Shown here: positions 39,001 to 47,448 of the stretch, piece after piece
How the letters are laid out: the number at the start of each line of letters is the position of its first letter
Position numbering within the stretch: the stretch's first letter is position 1
NCBI GenBank assembly: GCA_030153785.1
Contig: JASKLF010000007.1
Location: forward strand, 1 to 64,000
Source: a bacterium
Lineage (GTDB): Bacteria; Synergistota; GBS-1
DNA: 64,000 nt
Direction of reading: 5' to 3'
Position numbers and translations under genes: made by a program
The notes under the pieces: model-generated
What the model was told of the DNA's origin: nothing
The model's input: the letters and a program-made list of their open reading frames with translations, nothing else
Databases searched by the model: none

Positions 39001-41451
39001 ATGAGCGAGTTAACCGTCGACCTCTGTAATGAGCGGGTTGAAAGGGAGCTGGAAAGAAGAAGGTCCTTTATAAAACCAATTAACGAAAGGATAGCGGAAC
39101 TAAGAAGAGAAAGCGTTGAAACGGAGGTAAAAATTTCTCTTGAAAGAGCAAAACTATTAACCGAGTTTTACAAAAGCGATATCCCGAAGGGAAAATCCAT
39201 TCCCGTTCAGCGAGCCCTATTTTTCAAATACCTCCTTGAAAACTGCTCTCTCCCGGTAGAAAAGGGACAGCTCATAGTAGGCTTAAGGGGCACGGGAGTA
39301 AAAGAAGTGCCAACTTACCCCGAGATATGCGTTCACAGCTTAGAGGACTTAGAGATACTCAATTCGAGAGAAAACATGCCATATAAGGTCGATGAGAAAA
39401 CCAAGGAAATTTATAAAGATGAAATCATACCTTTTTGGAAGGGCAAGGCAATGAGAGATATCCTTTTTGAAAATCTTCCAAAGGAATGGACGGATGCCTA
39501 TGAAGCCGGTGTATGGACCGAGTTTATGGAGCAAAGATCGCCGGGGCACACGGCAGGTGGAGAAAGGATCTTTAACAAAGGAATACTAGACATCAAAGAG
39601 GAGATAAGAAGAAAGATGTCAGAGCTAAAGGAAAGTGACCCCGATTATTATGAAAAGATGGAAGAGCTTAAAGCCATGGATATTGCAGCTGATGCCATCA
39701 TCATTTATGCAAGACGTTACTCGGAAAAGTTGAAAAAGCTGGCAGAAGAGGAAGAAGACCCCGTAAGGAAAGAAGAGCTCCTGAAAATGTCAGAGATATG
39801 TAGTTGGGTTCCGGCTCATGCACCGAGAACCTTCTGGGAAGCACTACAGCACTATTGGTTCATACATGTAGGTATCACCTATGAAACCAATCCATGGGAT
39901 TCCTTTAATCCCGGAAGAATAGATCAGCACTTATACCCCTTCTACAAAGAGGATATAGAGAAGGGAAGGCTAACGAGAGAGAAGGCGAAGGAGCTCCTTC
40001 AGGCCTTCTGGCTCAAGTTTAACAACCAGCCCGCAGTCCCAAAGGTGGGGGTGACGGCGGAAGAAAGCTTTACCTACAACGATTTTTCAAAGCTAAACCT
40101 GGGAGGGCTAACGGAAGAAGGATACGATGGGGTAAATGAGCTATCCTACCTAATACTGGAAGTTTTAGGAGAGATGAGGACGCTACAACCTAATACAGCC
40201 GTTTTAATAAGCGATAAAAACCCAGACAGATTTTTGATAGAAGCTCTAAAAGTGGCTTCAGGAGGGTTTGGAGAGCCGCCCTTCTTTAACTTCGACGGTG
40301 TGATAGTGAAAATGCTGAGACAGGGCAAAAGCCTGGAGGACGCAAGAAAATCAGGTGTAAGCGGATGTGTTGAAACAGGAGCCTTTGGAAAAGAGTGTTA
40401 CATACTAACGGGGTATTTCAACCTACCCAAGATATTAGAAATAACCTTGAATAACGGCATAGACCCACTAACGGGCAAAAAAATAGGGATAGAAACCGGT
40501 GATCCTACCCAATTTGATAGTTTTGAAGAGCTATGGAACGCATTTATAAAGCAAGTTAAACATTTCTTAGATATAAAGATGAAGGGCAATGATATAATAG
40601 AAAACCTGTATGCGAAGCTCCTCCCCGTCCCATTCATGTCCCTATGGATAGAAGATTGTGTGGAAAAGGCCAAAGACTACAACGCGGGAGGAGCGAGATA
40701 TAACACCCAGTATATACAGCTGGTAGGCCTTGGAACGGTCACCGATAGCTTGTCTGCCATCAAATACCATATATTCGATAAGAAGGATTTTTCAATGAAG
40801 GAGCTTTTAAACGCCCTCCAAAACAACTGGAAAGGTTATGAGCTTCTCAGAGAAATACTTCGCAACCCGGAAAAGACACCGAAATTTGGAAACGATGATG
40901 ACTACGCAGATGAAATAGCAAAAAGATTAGTGGACTCCTTAGTAGAAATGATCGAAAGCTATCCTCCATCCTCTGCAAGAAGGGCACAAAGAAGAGCTTA
41001 CTTCCTTCCAACTACCGTCCATGTATACTTTGGGAAAGTAACGGGGGCAACGCCCGATGGAAGAGACGCAGGTTTTCCCGTTTCGGAAGGTATCTCTCCC
41101 GTTCAGGGAATGGACAGAAAGGGAATCGCCGCAGTATTCAGAAGCGTTTCGAAATGCGACTGGGATAAAACAGGAGGAGCCTTACTTAACCAAAAATTAA
41201 CCCCGGATCTATTTGAAAGCGAGGAAAATCTATTCAAGTTAGCCCAGCTTATAAGAACGTTCTTCAGACTTGGAGGACACCATGTCCAATTCAACGTCAT
41301 AAGCGCTGACGTTTTAAGAGAGGCACAGAAAAGACCGCAAGATTTTCAGGACCTCATGGTTAGAGTTGCAGGTTACAGCGACTATTTCGTTAACCTGCCC
41401 AAGGGATTGCAAGAGGAAATTATAGCACGCACGGAACACATGGAAGTATAG
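39001..41451 (+). CDS. hypD: Glycyl radical enzyme, trans-4-hydroxy-L-proline dehydratase
   Basis: PTYPEIC, TEFMEQRSPGHT, WDSFNPGR, KFNNQPA-x-PKVG, ESFTYNDF, SGCVE Cys loop, LPTT-x-H-x-YFG, RVAGYS glycyl loop. These match HypD signature segments as I recall them. Confidence 0.85.
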   Translation: MSELTVDLCNERVERELERRRSFIKPINERIAELRRESVETEVKISLERAKLLTEFYKSDIPKGKSIPVQRALFFKYLLENCSLPVEKGQLIVGLRGTGVKEVPTYPEICVHSLEDLEILNSRENMPYKVDEKTKEIYKDEIIPFWKGKAMRDILFENLPKEWTDAYEAGVWTEFMEQRSPGHTAGGERIFNKGILDIKEEIRRKMSELKESDPDYYEKMEELKAMDIAADAIIIYARRYSEKLKKLAEEEEDPVRKEELLKMSEICSWVPAHAPRTFWEALQHYWFIHVGITYETNPWDSFNPGRIDQHLYPFYKEDIEKGRLTREKAKELLQAFWLKFNNQPAVPKVGVTAEESFTYNDFSKLNLGGLTEEGYDGVNELSYLILEVLGEMRTLQPNTAVLISDKNPDRFLIEALKVASGGFGEPPFFNFDGVIVKMLRQGKSLEDARKSGVSGCVETGAFGKECYILTGYFNLPKILEITLNNGIDPLTGKKIGIETGDPTQFDSFEELWNAFIKQVKHFLDIKMKGNDIIENLYAKLLPVPFMSLWIEDCVEKAKDYNAGGARYNTQYIQLVGLGTVTDSLSAIKYHIFDKKDFSMKELLNALQNNWKGYELLREILRNPEKTPKFGNDDDYADEIAKRLVDSLVEMIESYPPSSARRAQRRAYFLPTTVHVYFGKVTGATPDGRDAGFPVSEGISPVQGMDRKGIAAVFRSVSKCDWDKTGGALLNQKLTPDLFESEENLFKLAQLIRTFFRLGGHHVQFNVISADVLREAQKRPQDFQDLMVRVAGYSDYFVNLPKGLQEEIIARTEHMEV

Positions 41452-41457
41452 AAAACT

Positions 41458-41486
41458 AAGGGGAGCCAAGGTTTTTGGCTCCCCTT
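41458..41486. terminator. Terminator between the convergent hypD and NSS operons
   Basis: AAGGGGAGCCAA-GGTTT-TTGGCTCCCCTT, a 12 bp stem. Confidence 0.8.
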
Positions 41487-41492
41487 AAACTT

Positions 41493-41603
41493 TTATTTAG
41501 ACCTTGAAGCCCTCTTTTCCTCGGCTTCAAAAGATTTCTTTATACACCAACCAAGCCCTCCAAAAACGAGAAGCAACACTACGACCATCATCAAGACCCA
41601 CAT
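41493..41603 (-). CDS. 36 aa single-TM protein, probable MetS-like small subunit of the NSS transporter (not in the ORF track)
   Basis: MWVLMMVVVLLLVFGGLGWCIKKSFEAEEKRASRSK, with a GAGGTGA SD at the NSS stop codon. Confidence 0.75.
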   Translation of the reverse strand: MWVLMMVVVLLLVFGGLGWCIKKSFEAEEKRASRSK

Positions 41604-41614
41604 CTATTCTCACC

Positions 41615-43069
41615 TCACTTCTTGGGATTACCCAGAGGCTTAACCCAGCTTGCAAGCTTATTGTTAAGGGCATAGATTATTATGAAAGCGATGGCCCACT
41701 GAAGCAGCATAGTTCCAACTGTATAGGTATACTTGCTTACAGGGAATACCTTATACCATTCTCCAGGATACCAAGTTATCGCCTGATATATCCACCATCC
41801 AACTATTATGAAGAACCAAACTGGGAACAGGTATATGAGTTTAAAAAGCCAAGGAGCATCGATATCAGAAACTGGGCGAATGTATTTCTCGTAAATCTCA
41901 TTTACTCCCTTCTTCACGGCACCATACCAGAAGAACATTCCGCTTAAAAGTAATCCTACACCCCAGACCCAATCCTGGTTTTCAAGGATATATGCCTTGT
42001 AAGAAGAGGGTAAACCAAGAAGGGTAGTAACAACTCCAACGGCAAGTGCCGCCTTGGTGCGAGTCCAACCAGCATCTATTAAAACTCTTGTAGCAAGCTC
42101 AAGCATGGAAAGGAGAGAAGACAAAGCCGCGAATATCAACGCTAAGAAGAAGATAATAGCAACCACGGTTCCACCCGTCATTTGGGTAAACAGGTTTGTA
42201 AGATGGATAAAAGCAAGTCCGGTGTTCCCAGAACCTACCGCTTTCATCGGATCAGGGTGAAGAGCAAATATGGTGGGAATAATCGCCAAGGCTGCCAAAA
42301 GAGCGGCAGCAGTATCAGCAAAACAGGTTAAAGTACAGTTTAAAGCGATATCCTCATCATCCCTCGCATAAACGTAGTAAGTCAGAAGCAGGGCCCAGCC
42401 CGCTCCTGTAGACCAAGCCGCCTGCGTGAAAGCTTCAAGCCAAGTTTTACCCATTAAAAGCCTGTCCATATGAGGAGTAAACAAAAACTCAAGCCCCTTG
42501 GAAGCCCCTGGCAAAGTAACAGCCCTAACCATAAGTATAACCAGCATAACGAATAAAGAAGGGATCATTATTTTGTTAGCGAATTCAAGCCCCCTATTAA
42601 CTCCCGCGAGAATTATTATGGTAGCAATGATCATAGATATAATATGGAACGTCATCATTTGAGAGGAAGAATTTACAAAGTTATTCCATAAAGACTCCGT
42701 ATTAACCCCCGGCCTTATAACTCCGTTTAAAGCATACACAAAGTATCTAACACAATACCCCATAACCACAGCATAGTAGCAAGCAATAGCATAGGAAATC
42801 CACCCAACAAGACCACCCATCCAAGTATACTTTTCTCCTAAAAACTCCTTGAAGGACCCAATGACTCCCCTTCTTGTAGCCTTTCCCCAAACCGCCTCAG
42901 CCATAAGAAGAGGTATTGCCCAGAGGATGAAGGCTATGATATAAACCAGAACGAAAGAACCCCCACCGTTTGCAGCGCTTATTCTGGGGAAACGCCAAAT
43001 ATTACCGGTCCCCACAGCCATCCCTATGGCTGACACAATGAGACCAAACCTACTACCCCATCTTTCCAT
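41615..43069 (-). CDS. Sodium-dependent amino-acid transporter (NSS family), probably for proline or related imino acids
   Basis: GMAVGTGNIWRFP, QAAWSTGAGW, GNTGLAF. ATG 43069 follows AGGAGGT. Substrate is inferred from the operon context. Confidence 0.9.
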   Translation of the reverse strand: MERWGSRFGLIVSAIGMAVGTGNIWRFPRISAANGGGSFVLVYIIAFILWAIPLLMAEAVWGKATRRGVIGSFKEFLGEKYTWMGGLVGWISYAIACYYAVVMGYCVRYFVYALNGVIRPGVNTESLWNNFVNSSSQMMTFHIISMIIATIIILAGVNRGLEFANKIMIPSLFVMLVILMVRAVTLPGASKGLEFLFTPHMDRLLMGKTWLEAFTQAAWSTGAGWALLLTYYVYARDDEDIALNCTLTCFADTAAALLAALAIIPTIFALHPDPMKAVGSGNTGLAFIHLTNLFTQMTGGTVVAIIFFLALIFAALSSLLSMLELATRVLIDAGWTRTKAALAVGVVTTLLGLPSSYKAYILENQDWVWGVGLLLSGMFFWYGAVKKGVNEIYEKYIRPVSDIDAPWLFKLIYLFPVWFFIIVGWWIYQAITWYPGEWYKVFPVSKYTYTVGTMLLQWAIAFIIIYALNNKLASWVKPLGNPKK

Positions 43070-43166
43070 GATGTTACCTCCTTTCCCTTGGGTTTCCACA
43101 AAGGACTCCCATAGACTCACAGCCTTAGCTTACAGCTACCACCCCCTTTCGAGAGAGAGGAAAGAT

Positions 43167-44309
43167 TTAAACCACTGCAGGCTCCCTTATAAGTTCCCCT
43201 CTTTGAAATCTTCTATAGCTGAGCATATCAATGGGGATTGAAGTCTCTCCGCTCAAAATAAGCTCTGCCATGAGCTTTCCCGTTATAGGACCGAACATAA
43301 AACCGTGACCGCTAAAGCCCGCTGAAATATAAAAACCTTCAACCTCCTCAACCCTGCCCAAGATTGGCTGAGCGTCAGGAGACATCTCATAGGAACCAGC
43401 CCACTGTCTAACGACCCTTAAACCGCTCAAGCGGGGTAAAAGCCTTACGAACTTTCTTGCCATACCTTCGAGAAATTCCCACGTAGAGTTAAGAGCATGG
43501 GACTTAAGGTGTTCTTCCGGTCCGTAGCCCATGATGAAGCTACCGTGTGGTCTTTGCTGAATATAAAAGTTACCAGAAAATGACATCAACATAGGCTTTG
43601 AAACCCTCTCTATGGGCTCGGTAACAAGTATCTCGTGTCGCTCAGGATATATGGGAATGTCCACTCCAGCAAAAGCTGCAACTTCCCTCGCATAGGGACC
43701 CGCACAGTTTACAACCACACCCGTCGATATAAATCCTCGATTAGTTCTAACCCCCCTAACTTTACCATTATTCACATCTATGCCAACAGCCTCGGTAAAA
43801 CTGTAAATCTCAACACCGAGCCTTTTTGCAGCCTCGGCATAAGCGAAAGTAGTTAAAAGAGGGTCAGCATGTCCATCTCTATGGTGGTAGGTAAATCCAA
43901 CCGCCCCCTCGGTATTTAAAAGGGGACAAAGCTCCTTCGCCTCATCAGCTGAAATGACCCTCGACTTTATACCAAGGCTATTCTGAAGAGCCACGTTTCT
44001 TTTAAGCTGTTCAAACTCGCTTTCCCTGTAAGCTATCATGAGGTAACCGCCTTGATGCAAACCTATATCGGCTCCAAGCTCTTCTGAAAGGTTTTCAAAT
44101 ATCTCTATAGAAGCTATACCCAAGCGACAGTTCATCTCCGTCCCCCACTGCGCTCTTATTCCTGCAGCGCACCTACCGGTAGAACCGCTTGCTATAGTAT
44201 TCTTCTCAAGAACGACAACATCCCTACACCCCATTTTCGCAAGGTTATAGGCAACAGCGCACCCCTGAATACCGCCACCGATGATCACTACCTCAGCCGA
44301 TCTCTTCAT
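43167..44309 (-). CDS. FAD-dependent imino-acid dehydrogenase subunit (proline dehydrogenase beta / sarcosine oxidase beta-like)
   Basis: GGGIQG, GSTGRCAAGIR, RQWAG-x-Y-x-x-SPD, GFSGHGFM. Confidence 0.88.
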   Translation of the reverse strand: MKRSAEVVIIGGGIQGCAVAYNLAKMGCRDVVVLEKNTIASGSTGRCAAGIRAQWGTEMNCRLGIASIEIFENLSEELGADIGLHQGGYLMIAYRESEFEQLKRNVALQNSLGIKSRVISADEAKELCPLLNTEGAVGFTYHHRDGHADPLLTTFAYAEAAKRLGVEIYSFTEAVGIDVNNGKVRGVRTNRGFISTGVVVNCAGPYAREVAAFAGVDIPIYPERHEILVTEPIERVSKPMLMSFSGNFYIQQRPHGSFIMGYGPEEHLKSHALNSTWEFLEGMARKFVRLLPRLSGLRVVRQWAGSYEMSPDAQPILGRVEEVEGFYISAGFSGHGFMFGPITGKLMAELILSGETSIPIDMLSYRRFQRGELIREPAVV

Positions 44310-44311
44310 CC

Positions 44312-44590
44312 TTAATCATCCTCACTTTCAGCAAGAACACCAAGCTTAATAGGTTTAATGGGAGGTCTAAAGGTAGGCATAGGGATTTCCTCCACCCTTT
44401 TACCTGTCAGGCGAGCTATTTCTCTTATTATCAGGTCTCTGCAAGTTCTACCTTGACAAGGCCCCATACCAGCGCGAGTAATCCTCTTTATCTCATCCAC
44501 AGTGGTATAACCCCTTTTTATCAATTCCCTTATCTCTTCAAGGGTAACATCTTCACACCTGCAAATTATTACATCCTTTTCTTTATTCAT
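44312..44590 (-). CDS. BFD-like [2Fe-2S]/Zn-binding subunit
   Basis: ICRCEDV, GMGPCQGRTC, RPP-x-x-P. Confidence 0.88.
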   Translation of the reverse strand: MNKEKDVIICRCEDVTLEEIRELIKRGYTTVDEIKRITRAGMGPCQGRTCRDLIIREIARLTGKRVEEIPMPTFRPPIKPIKLGVLAESEDD

Positions 44591-45077
44591 CCTTCCTCAC
44601 CACCCTCACATGCCTTACTTCCATCGCGAACTCCTTAGGAACAACGACAGAGACCACCTTCGTTCCATCCTTAAAAGGCTCAAAAACATGGATTACCTTT
44701 CCCTCACACACTACAACTCCTTCCCGGTTCAAACATTCAACAATCTCGTCTTTATTGGGAAGAGGGCGAAACTCATAAGGAATCTTGACTATAGCCTCCT
44801 TATCCGAATAGGTCATGTCCACAACGAAAACAGCCAAACCCGGACATTTAGCAACACACAAGGCACATCCGGTACACTTGCTCCAATCCACCTTGGGAAG
44901 GTCATTTATGTCCTCAAACTCCAGTATCGCCCCTGTGGGACATGCCGTATGACAGGGGTCACACGGAATCCTTTGGAAACACTCCACTATTACAACGGGC
45001 TTTGAATTTAAAATCTCCTGAGGAGGTGTTACCCCCCTTATCTGTTCACGGGTAGGAACACCTGTCCTTTCAAGCAT
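44583..45077 (-). CDS. 4Fe-4S ferredoxin subunit
   Basis: ECFQRIPCDPCHTACP, CTGCALCVAKCPGLA. Start refined to ATG 45077 behind GGAGG. Confidence 0.88.
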   Translation of the reverse strand: MLERTGVPTREQIRGVTPPQEILNSKPVVIVECFQRIPCDPCHTACPTGAILEFEDINDLPKVDWSKCTGCALCVAKCPGLAVFVVDMTYSDKEAIVKIPYEFRPLPNKDEIVECLNREGVVVCEGKVIHVFEPFKDGTKVVSVVVPKEFAMEVRHVRVVRKDE

Positions 45078-46176
45078 GCCTATACGCCTCCCCCACAATA
45101 GCTTTAGGAAGCCCCTGCCTTATCTTTTCCGTTACCGGTCCTTTTCTCAAGCTATCAAGCTGTTCCCAGAAAGCATTAAATTTCTCTTCAAAATCGGGTA
45201 TATCATACCCCAAGCTTTTAGCTGCACAAAGCCCTGCTATTTTACCCTCTATCATCGCCGTAGAAGCCTCTTCTATCGCAGCAGCGTCGCCAGCCACATA
45301 AAAATCGGGATGAGAAGTTCTCATTTCCCTATCTCTTACGGGAACGTAACCACCAAGCTCGGGAATATATCTCATCTCACATCCTGCCTGCCATAAAAGC
45401 TCGATCAAAGGAGATAGGCCAACCGCAAGACAAATAAGGTCAGCCTCTATATGTTTTTCGGTGCCCTCTACTGGTTCCCATCTCTCATTTACCTGAACAA
45501 TGGTTGCTCCTTCTACATATTCCTTCCCGTGTATCTCCTTTATTGTATGAGAGGTATATATAGGTATACCTATTCTTCTTATCTTCGAAGCATGAACCCA
45601 ATAACCACCTATTTTAGGCATAGCCTCCACAACCGCTTGGACCTTAACCCCTGCCTGAGCAAGCTGATAACTCACTATAAGGCCAATATTTCCCGCTCCG
45701 ACCATCAAGGCCCTCTCACCAGGCTTAACACCGTAGACATTCATCAGGGTCTGGACAGCTCCAGCACCATAAACACCGGGAAGGTCACAGTTTGGCACAG
45801 GTATAGTTCTCTCATAGGCACCCGTTGCAACTATCGTTTTTTTAGGCTTTACCTTAAAGTACTTCTCTTCTCCCGTGAGAGCTCCAAAAACGCCGTCATC
45901 GGCGTAGTAACCCGTAACCGTTGTATTCGTTATGGCCTCAAATCTATCCCCGGATTTTTCAAGCTCGCTAAGCAGGATTTCCGCTATCTTAAAGCCTCTT
46001 GTTCCCGCATATTCTTCCTTAGAACCAAAGAATTTATGGGTCTGCTTTATTAGCTGACCGCCAAGCTTAAGTCCATCATCTATCAAAAGAACCTTTGCCC
46101 CCGCCTTGACCGCCTCTATCGCCGCGCTTAATCCCGCCGGGCCACCGCCCACAATCAATATTTCCGTTTCCTTCAA
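45070..46176 (-). CDS. FAD/NAD(P)-binding oxidoreductase subunit (proline dehydrogenase alpha-like)
   Basis: GGGPAG, GGQLIKQTHKFFG, ATGA, GAGNIG, YVAGD. Confidence 0.88.
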   Translation of the reverse strand: MKETEILIVGGGPAGLSAAIEAVKAGAKVLLIDDGLKLGGQLIKQTHKFFGSKEEYAGTRGFKIAEILLSELEKSGDRFEAITNTTVTGYYADDGVFGALTGEEKYFKVKPKKTIVATGAYERTIPVPNCDLPGVYGAGAVQTLMNVYGVKPGERALMVGAGNIGLIVSYQLAQAGVKVQAVVEAMPKIGGYWVHASKIRRIGIPIYTSHTIKEIHGKEYVEGATIVQVNERWEPVEGTEKHIEADLICLAVGLSPLIELLWQAGCEMRYIPELGGYVPVRDREMRTSHPDFYVAGDAAAIEEASTAMIEGKIAGLCAAKSLGYDIPDFEEKFNAFWEQLDSLRKGPVTEKIRQGLPKAIVGEAYRHA

Positions 46177-46484
46177 CGTATCTCACCCTTTCCCATCTGA
46201 GTCTGAACTCTCATCCCTTCCCTAAGAGGTGTGATACAAACTCTAACATTAGGGACTCCATTTACGATCATGAAGCAAGAGGAACATTTGCCAACGGCAC
46301 AGAAAAATCCCCGCGGTCTGCCCAACCCTATGCTCCTTCGGTAAACCTTGATGCCATTCGCATGAAGAGCTGCAGCTATAGGTTCTCCTTCATATCCCTC
46401 ATACTCTTTACCATCCACATAAAACTTAACTTTCCTGCCATGCTTAAAACTTAGAATAGGGTGTTCCTTTATCCATCCCCCCAT
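46173..46484 (-). CDS. 2Fe-2S subunit (HcnA / sarcosine oxidase alpha N-terminal-like)
   Basis: GEPIAAAL, RPRGFFCAVGKCSSC, NVRVC. Confidence 0.88.
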   Translation of the reverse strand: MGGWIKEHPILSFKHGRKVKFYVDGKEYEGYEGEPIAAALHANGIKVYRRSIGLGRPRGFFCAVGKCSSCFMIVNGVPNVRVCITPLREGMRVQTQMGKGEIR

Positions 46485-46518
46485 AAAACCACCCCTTTAA
46501 GCAATCTATTTAAAATGT

Positions 46519-46546
46519 TAGTGGGAGGGATTTCTCCCTCCCACTA
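46519..46546 (-). terminator. Hairpin in the leader of the dehydrogenase operon (possible attenuator)
   Basis: Perfect 12 bp stem TAGTGGGAGGGA-GAAA-TCCCTCCCACTA followed by ACATTTT on the minus strand. Confidence 0.6.
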
Positions 46547-46561
46547 TGAACTTTCTCGATA

Positions 46562-46660
46562 TTACACTTTTTCACAAGAAAATGGTAAAGATGGCATAGC
46601 TGGCATGTCAGGGTAAGAATAGATTAAAGCTAAACCTAACGAAAGAGACAGCATTCCCAT
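46562..46660 (-). CDS. Putative 30-32 aa proline-periodic leader peptide (not in the ORF track)
   Basis: (MG)MLSLSLGLALIYSYPDMPAMPSLPFSCEKV behind a GGAGGAG SD; lies between the promoter and the hairpin. Confidence 0.5.
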   Translation of the reverse strand: MGMLSLSLGLALIYSYPDMPAMPSLPFSCEKV

Positions 46661-46712
46661 CTCCTCCAAGAAAATCAATGGCTCTCTAAAATAACATCCC
46701 TCCCTGAAGTTA

Positions 46713-46741
46713 AGTTTATATCAACAAATTATCCTTGTCAA
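46713..46741 (-). promoter_or_regulatory. sigma70-type promoter of the leader peptide / dehydrogenase operon
   Basis: Minus strand TTGACA-17 bp-TAAACT. Confidence 0.7.
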
Positions 46742-46875
46742 GCACTTTAACAAATTTGTAAAAATTAATGATTAAAAGCAAAAGCTTATCCTAAAGTCAT
46801 TTAAAAAAATTTATTTACTTCATTCCATACGCCTTTCAAATCTGCTATAATTTTTCTAATGGAGGTGATATCAGA

Positions 46876-47448
46876 ATGGATGTAAAAAAGGCTATTGAAG
46901 AAAGGAGAGCCTATAGGTCACTCGATAAGGTAGAGATATCCTTAGAAACTTTGGCCGATTTAGCCAAATGCGCGTCTCTTGCTCCTTCCTGTTTCAACAA
47001 TCAACCTTGGAGATTCGTTTTTGTAACTAAAGAAGAAAATCTTCTGGCAATGAGAGAAGCCCTATCCAAAGGAAACGAATGGGCTTATGATGCCTCAGCC
47101 TTTATAGCTGTCTGTAGCAAGCCCGACCTCGATTGCAACCTTAAAGATGGGAGGCAATATTATGCCTTCGATGTAGGCATGTCAGTAGGGCTCCTTATGC
47201 TCAGAGCAACGGAACTTGGCTTGGTAGCCCATCCCATTGCAGGATATTCGCCAGAGAAGGTAAAAGAAATTCTTAACATACCACCAGAATACGAAGTTAT
47301 AACTCTTATAATACTTGGGAAACACTCCAGCGAAATAAAACCATCTTTGACAGAGAAACAGGTCCTGGCAGAAAAGGAAAGGCCCGCTCGCTTACCTATG
47401 GAAGAATTTGCCTTCTTAGATAGCTTTGGAACTCCCTTTAAAAAATGA
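46876..47448 (+). CDS. Nitroreductase family protein
   Basis: AIEERRAYR, APSCFNNQPWRF, ATELGL. Confidence 0.92.
   Translation: MDVKKAIEERRAYRSLDKVEISLETLADLAKCASLAPSCFNNQPWRFVFVTKEENLLAMREALSKGNEWAYDASAFIAVCSKPDLDCNLKDGRQYYAFDVGMSVGLLMLRATELGLVAHPIAGYSPEKVKEILNIPPEYEVITLIILGKHSSEIKPSLTEKQVLAEKERPARLPMEEFAFLDSFGTPFKK

Noticed and set aside
39001..41451. Calling the glycyl radical enzyme pyruvate formate-lyase
   Set aside because: It has a single-Cys GCVE loop rather than the adjacent CC of PFL, and it carries HypD-type segments.
41504..41947. 147 aa plus-strand ORF, and similar antisense ORFs such as 45451-46053 and 52626-53261
   Set aside because: They are shadows of well-supported genes on the opposite strand and have no domain features.
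46485..46700. Possible T-box riboswitch (GGGGTGG) in the dehydrogenase operon leader
   Set aside because: GGGGTGG is the SD of the first gene. It lacks the following ACC, lies downstream of the hairpin, and no stem I motifs are recognisable.
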